Under the pieces are notes generated by a model that saw only the letters and a program-made list of their open reading frames with translations, was not told the DNA's origin and ran no database searches. 64,000 nt of DNA, from NCBI GenBank assembly GCA_030533005.1, contig JAUNJX010000007.1, positions 1,166-65,165 on the forward strand, in the 5' to 3' direction. Of the stretch, positions 57,710 through 64,000 are shown one piece after another. The position numbers and the translations under genes are program-made. Numbering within the stretch: position 1 is the stretch's first letter; each line of letters begins with the position of its first letter. This DNA is from Clostridia bacterium. GTDB lineage: Bacteria > Bacillota > Clostridia > Christensenellales > CAG-138.

Positions 57710-59125
57710 TTATGCGTCTTCCTTCTTGTTGGACTCGCCAAGGCGCACGCCGGCGAAGTACTCTCTGGTGAGCTTGAAGACCACCGGGGAGAGTGCAAGC
57801 AGCGCTACCAAGTTGGGCAGTGCCATCAAGCCGTTGAGGGTATCGGCGATATCCCAAACAGCCTGCAGAGGCACAACCGCGCCGACCACAACGATCAGGC
57901 AGAACAGGATCTGATAGGGCTTAATGACCTTGGTGCCCAAGAGATACTCGGTGCAGCGGGTACCGTAGAGGCACCAGCTGAGGATGGTGGACACTGCGAA
58001 CAGCGTGATACCAACAGCAACCAGGATGCCGGCAAACTTCGCGCCATAGGTCATACCGAAGGCAGCGATGGTGAGGCCGGTGCCCGCGCTCTCGCCAAAG
58101 GCGATGGGCGTGCCGCTCATGAGGATAGCCAGAGCGGTCAGGGTGCAGATCACGATGGTGTCCATGAATACTTCAAAGATGCCCCAGAGGCCCTGACGAA
58201 CGGGGCTGTCCGTGTCAGCAGCAGCGTGGGCGATAGGCGCGGAGCCCAAGCCAGCCTCATTGGAGAAGATACCGCGGCTGATACCACGGCGCATGGCCGT
58301 CGAAATGCCAACGCCTACCAAGCCGCCGCCCAGCGCGGAGGGATTGAAAGCGCCCACGACGATGTCGCGGAGAACGCCGCCGATGTTGCCGATGTGCGTG
58401 ATGACAACGATGATCGCAGCCACGATGTAGATCGCCGCCATGGCGGGAACCAGCTTTTCAGTGGTCTTAGCGATGCTCTTCAAGCCGCCAAGCACGACAG
58501 CAGCGGTGAAGATCGCAACGACGATACCAACGATCAGATGCACGGTGTTCGTATTGATGTTGGGATTGAACTCGGCGATGGTGCCGGAGATGGAGGTCGC
58601 AATGGTGTTGATCTGGGTCATGTTGCCGATACCGAAGGCGGCAAGCGCTCCAAACACGGAGAATACGACGGCGAGCCATTTCCAGCTCTTGCCAAGGCCG
58701 TTGGAGATGTAGTACATGGGGCCGCCGACCCAGTCGCCCTTTTCGTTGCGCTCGCGGTAGTTGACCGCCAGCACGACTTCGGCGTACTTGGTGCACATGC
58801 CCAGCAGTGCGGAAACCCACATCCAGAAGACGGCGCCAGGGCCGCCCAATGCGATAGCGCCAGCGACGCCAGCGACGTTACCGGTACCAACCGTTGCCGC
58901 AAGAGCCGTTGCAAGTGCCTGGAAAGGCGTGACAGCGCCTTCGCCCGCCTCTTTCTTCTCGAACATCTTCATCAAGGTGTTCTTCATCGTGTAACCGAAT
59001 TTGCCAAACTGCATGCCCTTGGTGCGCAGCGTGTAATACAGGCCGGTGCCAAGAAGCAGGATCATGCCGGGCCAACCCCAGACGATACCGTTCAGCCAAG
59101 AGTTGAAACTGAGGAATCCATCCAT
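57710..59125 (-). CDS. Alanine/glycine:cation symporter (AGCS)
   Basis: ATVGTGNVAG, GGPGAVFWMW, GGPMYYI, FSNEAGLGS. Confidence 0.93.
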   Translation of the reverse strand: MDGFLSFNSWLNGIVWGWPGMILLLGTGLYYTLRTKGMQFGKFGYTMKNTLMKMFEKKEAGEGAVTPFQALATALAATVGTGNVAGVAGAIALGGPGAVFWMWVSALLGMCTKYAEVVLAVNYRERNEKGDWVGGPMYYISNGLGKSWKWLAVVFSVFGALAAFGIGNMTQINTIATSISGTIAEFNPNINTNTVHLIVGIVVAIFTAAVVLGGLKSIAKTTEKLVPAMAAIYIVAAIIVVITHIGNIGGVLRDIVVGAFNPSALGGGLVGVGISTAMRRGISRGIFSNEAGLGSAPIAHAAADTDSPVRQGLWGIFEVFMDTIVICTLTALAILMSGTPIAFGESAGTGLTIAAFGMTYGAKFAGILVAVGITLFAVSTILSWCLYGTRCTEYLLGTKVIKPYQILFCLIVVVGAVVPLQAVWDIADTLNGLMALPNLVALLALSPVVFKLTREYFAGVRLGESNKKEDA

Positions 59126-59628
59126 AAATGTTTCTTTCCTTTCTGATTACTGAATTTTTCTTTTGGTGATTTGAACTGGAAGAAGCTAACGTCCTGTTTA
59201 CATAAAAGTGTTTGCGAGAAAAGATGATATTAGGCTATCTGTATTGTGGACGGACGCATAGCGACTCTTCGCAGCACATCCAGCTTCGCATATCTTAACA
59301 TGCTGTGTTAATAAACGTCAATGGGTTTCTTTTGCCAAACGCCCAAAAATCATCGTCACAGCAGAGAAAAATGCTTATTTTCTCTGGATTTTCCGGTCAA
59401 GATTTTTACGCTTGCGCCATCCGCGGCCTCGCGCCCTCGTTTGTTGTTATATTATATAATGAATATTATACATTGTATTGTATCCAACCTGTATCTACAA
59501 ATAAAAGACCCTATGCGCCGCATCTGGCAGTTGCAATCCCCGTCCCGGTTATGTATAATGGCTTTACCATAATGTATGCTTTTGTGATTATGCAGAAGCA
59601 TAAATCTGATTTGGAGGATAAAAGGAAC

Positions 59629-60819
59629 ATGAAAAAAACTTTCGCCATCCTTCTGGCACTGTGCCTGATCGTCGCCATGTTTACCGGCTGCGCTTCTCAG
59701 AGCGCTTCCGCTGGCGGTGACGTCGTAAAAATCGGCGTCTATGAACCCGCTTCCGGCGATAACGGCGCAGGCGGCAAGCAGGAGACCCTCGGTATCCAGT
59801 ACGCCAACAGCCAGGTCAACACCGTCGAGATCGGCGGCAAGACCTACACCGTAGAGCTCGTGATCGTGGACAATGAGTCCAGCAACGACAAGGGCCCCAC
59901 CGCCGCTTCCAATCTGGTATCCGCGGGCGTATCCGTGGCGTTGGGTTCTTACGGCTCCGGCGTCTCCATCGCGGCAAGCGATGTTTTCGCCAAGGCGGGC
60001 ATCCCCGTCATCGGCGTTACCTGCACCAACCCGCAGGTCACCGAGGGCAACACCCACTATTTCCGTATCTGCTTCCTCGATCCCTTCCAGGGCACGGTTC
60101 TTGCGAACTTCGCGGCGGGCGACTTCGGCGCCAAGACCGCTTACAGCCTTGCCAAGCTGGGTGACGATTATTCCGTAGGTCTGTGCAACTATTTTAATGA
60201 AGCTTTTGAAGCGCTCGGCGGCACCGTCGTTTACGAAACCTTCCCCGAGGGCAACAGTGACTTCACCTCTTACCTGACCACCGCTGCCAACAGCGGCGCG
60301 GACGTATTCTTCGCCCCCGTCTCCACCGAGGCTGCTGCGCTCATCATCGACCAGGCCGCTTCTCAGGGTCTTGCAGCCCCCATCCTGGCCGGCGACACCT
60401 GGGACAGCAACGTCATCACCGAAGCTGCCAAGGGCAAGAACGTTGACGTATACGTCACCACCTTCTTCGACGAGGGCGACACCTCCGAAGCGGGCGTAGC
60501 GTTCGTTACCGGCTTCAAAGAGTGGCTCAACGCCAACCCCAACATGCTGACCAACAACGGCGGCAATGACGCCGTGGCAGCCGTTTCCGCCATGGGCTAT
60601 GACGCTTACATGGTCGCCCTCGAGGCTCTCAAGGCCGCCGGCTCCACCGAGCCCGCCAAGGTCAACGAGGCGCTTTGGGGAACCACCCACACCGGTGTTT
60701 CCGGCGCCATCGCGTTTGATTCCACCACCGGCGACGCCATCCGTGACGTTGCGTTCATCAAGCATGCCAACAACGAGACCGGCACTTGGGAGTTCGTCCG
60801 CATTCAGGGCGTTTCTTAA
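59629..60819 (+). CDS. livK: Branched-chain amino acid ABC substrate-binding lipoprotein
   Basis: Lipobox FTGC; KIGVYEP, FRICFLDPFQG, GDTWD, GYDAY; first gene of the liv operon. Confidence 0.85.
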   Translation: MKKTFAILLALCLIVAMFTGCASQSASAGGDVVKIGVYEPASGDNGAGGKQETLGIQYANSQVNTVEIGGKTYTVELVIVDNESSNDKGPTAASNLVSAGVSVALGSYGSGVSIAASDVFAKAGIPVIGVTCTNPQVTEGNTHYFRICFLDPFQGTVLANFAAGDFGAKTAYSLAKLGDDYSVGLCNYFNEAFEALGGTVVYETFPEGNSDFTSYLTTAANSGADVFFAPVSTEAAALIIDQAASQGLAAPILAGDTWDSNVITEAAKGKNVDVYVTTFFDEGDTSEAGVAFVTGFKEWLNANPNMLTNNGGNDAVAAVSAMGYDAYMVALEALKAAGSTEPAKVNEALWGTTHTGVSGAIAFDSTTGDAIRDVAFIKHANNETGTWEFVRIQGVS

Positions 60820-60866
60820 GAGATTGCAGGTCTAAGGCAAAACACAAGCACATCCTGATTATCTAT

Positions 60867-60906
60867 GGCGGCGGGAAGCCTCTTGCCTCCCGCCGTCTTA
60901 TTTTTG
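60867..60906 (+). terminator. Hairpin with U-tract between livK and livH
   Basis: GGCGGCGGGAAGC-CTCTT-GCCTCCCGCCGTC-TTATTTTT. Confidence 0.6.
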
Positions 60907-60955
60907 AGAGCAGCTCAATCTCGTAACGCTCCATAATGACGGAGGTAAACAGCAT

Positions 60956-61840
60956 ATGGATTTCTTGCATGCCAATCTGCCCTATATTCTCGCGGGTATT
61001 TCCGTGGGCGGGCAGTACGCACTGATCGCCATCGGCTACACCATGGTCTATGGCATATTGCGCCTTATCAATTTCGCGCACGGCGACGTATTCATGATTG
61101 CGGGTCTTGTGATGATCTACGCCGCGGCCTCCATGCCGCTTTACATCGCGCTGCCGCTTACCGTGATCGTGACCGTGCTGATAGGCTTCATCATCGAACG
61201 CGTCGCCTACAAACCGCTTAGAAATGCACCGCGTATGTCGGTCATGATAAGCGCCATCGGCGTATCCTATCTTTTGCAAAATCTCGCCCTGTATGTCACG
61301 GGCGGTCTATCCAAAATGTATCCCACGATCCCGGGAATCAGCAATTCCATCACCATCTTCGGCGCCACGACCAAGGTCGTCACCGTCGTCACGCCGGTTT
61401 TGACGCTGGTGCTGGTCATCGCGCTGGTGCTCTTCATCCAGAAAACCAAGATCGGCATGGCCATGCGCGCAGTCTCCAAGGATTTTGAGACCAGCCAGCT
61501 CATGGGCATCAAGATCAACTCGGTCATCAGCGCCACCTTTATCATAGGTTCGCTGCTCGCCGCGGTGGCATCTTTCCTCTATTTTTCCAATTACGCCGCC
61601 GTCGTCCCCACCTCCGGCGCAATGCCCGGCCTTAAAGCCTTCGTTGCGGCCGTGTTCGGCGGTATAGGCTCCATCCCCGGCGCCGTGATCGGCGCGTTCA
61701 TCATCGGCATATGCGAGAACATCATCAAGGGCCTCGGTTGGACGACCTTCTCCGACGCTTTCACGTTCGCGCTGCTCATCATCATCCTCATTGTGAAGCC
61801 CACCGGCCTGTTCGGTGAACGCGCTTCCGAGAAAGTGTAA
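60956..61840 (+). CDS. livH: Branched-chain amino acid ABC permease
   Basis: YALIAIGYTMVYGILRLINFAHG, KAFVAAVFGGIGS. Confidence 0.93.
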   Translation: MDFLHANLPYILAGISVGGQYALIAIGYTMVYGILRLINFAHGDVFMIAGLVMIYAAASMPLYIALPLTVIVTVLIGFIIERVAYKPLRNAPRMSVMISAIGVSYLLQNLALYVTGGLSKMYPTIPGISNSITIFGATTKVVTVVTPVLTLVLVIALVLFIQKTKIGMAMRAVSKDFETSQLMGIKINSVISATFIIGSLLAAVASFLYFSNYAAVVPTSGAMPGLKAFVAAVFGGIGSIPGAVIGAFIIGICENIIKGLGWTTFSDAFTFALLIIILIVKPTGLFGERASEKV

Positions 61841-61850
61841 GGTGACGCAT

Positions 61851-62939
61851 ATGGATCAGAAAAAGAAACAGGATTTGATCGTTTCGGCATGCCTTATCGC
61901 CTTCATACTGGTCGTGCTGTTCGTGCTGGAAAAGATCATGCCGTCGGGCAACATGCTTTTCGTCGTATTGAAGAAGGGCGCCATCTACGCGCTGGTCGCG
62001 GTCTCCATGAACCTGCTGAACGGCTTTACGGGGCTGTTTTCGCTGGGTCAGGCGGGCTTCATGCTCATCGGCGCGTATACCTACGCCATCTTTACCATTC
62101 CGCCGGATCAGCGTCTGGCCGTTTACCAGTACTTTGACGGCGGCGTCGTGCAGTTCACCGTGCCGATCATCGTCGCGTTTTTGCTGGCCGCAGCCGTGGC
62201 GGGGCTTTTTGCCTTCCTCATCGGCTTGCCCGTGCTCAGGCTCAAAAGCGACTATCTGGCGATCGCCACGCTGGGCTTTGCCGAGATCATCCGCGCGTTC
62301 TTCCAGTGGGACGTTCTTGGTCCCATCACCAACGGCTCCAACCTCCTTCGCAAGTTCCCAACGTTTGATTCGGTGCTCTTTCCCTTCATTGTATCGGGCA
62401 TATGCATCGCCATCATCGTATTGCTGATCAATTCGTCCTACGGGCGCGCCTTCAAGGCCATCCGCGACGATGAGATCGCGGCGGAGGCCATGGGCATCAA
62501 CCTCTTTAAGCACAAGGAGATGGCCTTTGTCATAAGCTCCGCCTTCGCGGGCGTTTCCGGCGCACTCCTTGCGATGTATCAGACCACCGTGCAGGCCGCA
62601 GCCTTCAAATCGGCCATGACGTATGAGATTTTGCTCATCGTGGTCATCGGCGGCATCGGCTCCATCACGGGAAGCTGCCTCGCCTCCTTCCTGTTCGTTG
62701 CGTGCAGCGAATGGTGGCTGCGCTTCCTCGATAACGAAACCTTCATAGGCGCGTGGCAGGTACCTCTGCTTCGTTCCGGCTTCCGCAAGGTCGTATTCTC
62801 CGTCATCATCATGATCATGGTGCTTTTCTACAACCGCGGCATCATGGGCACACGGGAGTTTTCCATAGACAGTGTGACGGGGCTTCTCAAACGAAAACGC
62901 CTGCCCGGCGACAAGAAGATGAAGAAGGAGGGCAAATAA
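61851..62939 (+). CDS. livM: Branched-chain amino acid ABC permease
   Basis: GFTGLFSLGQAGF, LRLKSDYLAIATLGF, AIRDDEIAA. Confidence 0.93.
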   Translation: MDQKKKQDLIVSACLIAFILVVLFVLEKIMPSGNMLFVVLKKGAIYALVAVSMNLLNGFTGLFSLGQAGFMLIGAYTYAIFTIPPDQRLAVYQYFDGGVVQFTVPIIVAFLLAAAVAGLFAFLIGLPVLRLKSDYLAIATLGFAEIIRAFFQWDVLGPITNGSNLLRKFPTFDSVLFPFIVSGICIAIIVLLINSSYGRAFKAIRDDEIAAEAMGINLFKHKEMAFVISSAFAGVSGALLAMYQTTVQAAAFKSAMTYEILLIVVIGGIGSITGSCLASFLFVACSEWWLRFLDNETFIGAWQVPLLRSGFRKVVFSVIIMIMVLFYNRGIMGTREFSIDSVTGLLKRKRLPGDKKMKKEGK

Positions 62940-62940
62940 C

Positions 62941-63783
62941 ATGGAAAACAAGAATGTTCTTCATCTTGAAAACATCACCATGCAGTTTGGCGGCGTGGTC
63001 GCGGTCAACGATCTGACGCTGGACGTCAACGAGCATGAGATCGTCGCCCTCATCGGCCCCAACGGCGCGGGCAAAACCACGGCCTTCAACGTCATCACCG
63101 GCGTATACGAGCCCACCAACGGCTGTGTGAGCTTCTACGGCGAGCCCATCGTGGAAAATTTCCCGCAGGGCAAAATGAAGAAGCTTTATGCCGGCACCAA
63201 CAACGGCAAGTTCACAAAGACCATCAGCCCCACGCCGGATAAGATCACCAAGCTGGGCATCGCCCGCACCTTCCAGAACATCCGTCTGTTCAAATCCCTG
63301 ACGGTGTTTGAAAACGTGCTGGTCGCCAAGCATATGCGCGCGGAGCAGAACGTGTTCACCGCCACCTTCCGTCTCAATCACAAGGAAGAAAAGCGCATGC
63401 GTGACGAGGCCATGGCGCTCTTGGAGGAGCAAAGCCTTGCGCACCTCAAGGACGAGATATCGGGCAGCCTGCCCTACGGTTTGCAGCGGAGGCTGGAGAT
63501 CGCCCGCGCGCTTGCCACCAACCCCAAGCTTTTGCTGCTGGACGAACCGGCGGCGGGCATGAACCCGCAGGAGACCAAGGAGCTGGCCAAATTCATCATG
63601 CAGATACGCGACAAGTACGGCATTGCCATCCTTGTTATCGAGCATCACATGGATCTGGTGATGGAGATCTCCGAGCGCCTGTATGTGCTGGACTTCGGCA
63701 AGCTGATCGCCGTGGGCAACGCCACCGAGGTACAGAACAATCCCGATGTTATTACCGCTTATCTGGGGGTGGATGAAGAATGA
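62941..63783 (+). CDS. livG: Branched-chain amino acid ABC ATPase
   Basis: GPNGAGKTT, RTFQNIRLF, LPYGLQRRLEIARAL, IEHHM. Confidence 0.93.
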   Translation: MENKNVLHLENITMQFGGVVAVNDLTLDVNEHEIVALIGPNGAGKTTAFNVITGVYEPTNGCVSFYGEPIVENFPQGKMKKLYAGTNNGKFTKTISPTPDKITKLGIARTFQNIRLFKSLTVFENVLVAKHMRAEQNVFTATFRLNHKEEKRMRDEAMALLEEQSLAHLKDEISGSLPYGLQRRLEIARALATNPKLLLLDEPAAGMNPQETKELAKFIMQIRDKYGIAILVIEHHMDLVMEISERLYVLDFGKLIAVGNATEVQNNPDVITAYLGVDEE

Positions 63784-64000
63784 GCATGTTGGAAATCAAA
63801 GACCTCAAGGTCAACTATGGCGGCATTGAAGCGCTCAAGGGCATAGGCTTCGAGGTGGAGGCGGGCGAGATCGTGACGCTGATCGGCGCAAACGGCGCGG
63901 GCAAGTCCACCACCCTTCGCTCCATCATGAGCGTGGTCAAGCCCTCCGGCGGTTCCATCTTCTTTGAGGGTGAGGATATCACCACCATGAATACCCAGAA
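63780..64000 (+). CDS. livF: Branched-chain amino acid ABC ATPase, N-terminal part; runs off the window
   Basis: Manual translation MSMLEIKDLKVNYGGIEALKG...GANGAGKSTT. Confidence 0.9.
   Translation, partial: MSMLEIKDLKVNYGGIEALKGIGFEVEAGEIVTLIGANGAGKSTTLRSIMSVVKPSGGSIFFEGEDITTMNTQ

Noticed and set aside
59126-59295. Glycine riboswitch ahead of the AGCS symporter
   Set aside because: The conserved GGAGA...CCGAAG...CTCAGG motifs are not present on the minus strand.

Overview
GC-rich chromosomal window from what looks like a Clostridia-class (Bacillota) anaerobe; this is inferred from the large Alu-type SRP RNA, the rpsF-ssb-rpsR / yybS-gdpP-rplI-dnaB gene order and the ptb-buk-2-oxoacid oxidoreductase cluster. 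Most of it is housekeeping and metabolism: a TetR-rsgA-methyltransferase unit, a YesN/YesM two-component system with two sugar-binding proteins and an ABC transporter, serC-serA, galK, trpS, dnaX-ebfC-recR, a 1482-aa c-di-GMP enzyme, galM, SRP RNA, an oxidative amino-acid fermentation cluster, replication and translation genes, glnS-gltX, rlmH and a Liv-type ABC transporter. No transposase, integrase, prophage, CRISPR array, rRNA or tRNA was seen. The most striking signal that the gene annotation does not explain is a ~170-nt non-coding element with five hairpins, present three times (31811-31977 +, 40977-41148 +, 49569-49738 -). Its stems show compensatory changes. One copy lies between two identical 32-bp copies of a terminator hairpin and has short inverted ends, which suggests a terminator-targeting miniature mobile element or a structured ssDNA/RNA. 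Also notable are an XRE-HTH / membrane Ser-Thr kinase / sortase-anchored protein module attached to the end of the dnaB operon, and a MucBP-like secreted protein with an unusual repeated PVAVV C-terminus. All calls were made by eye from motifs; no database searches were run.
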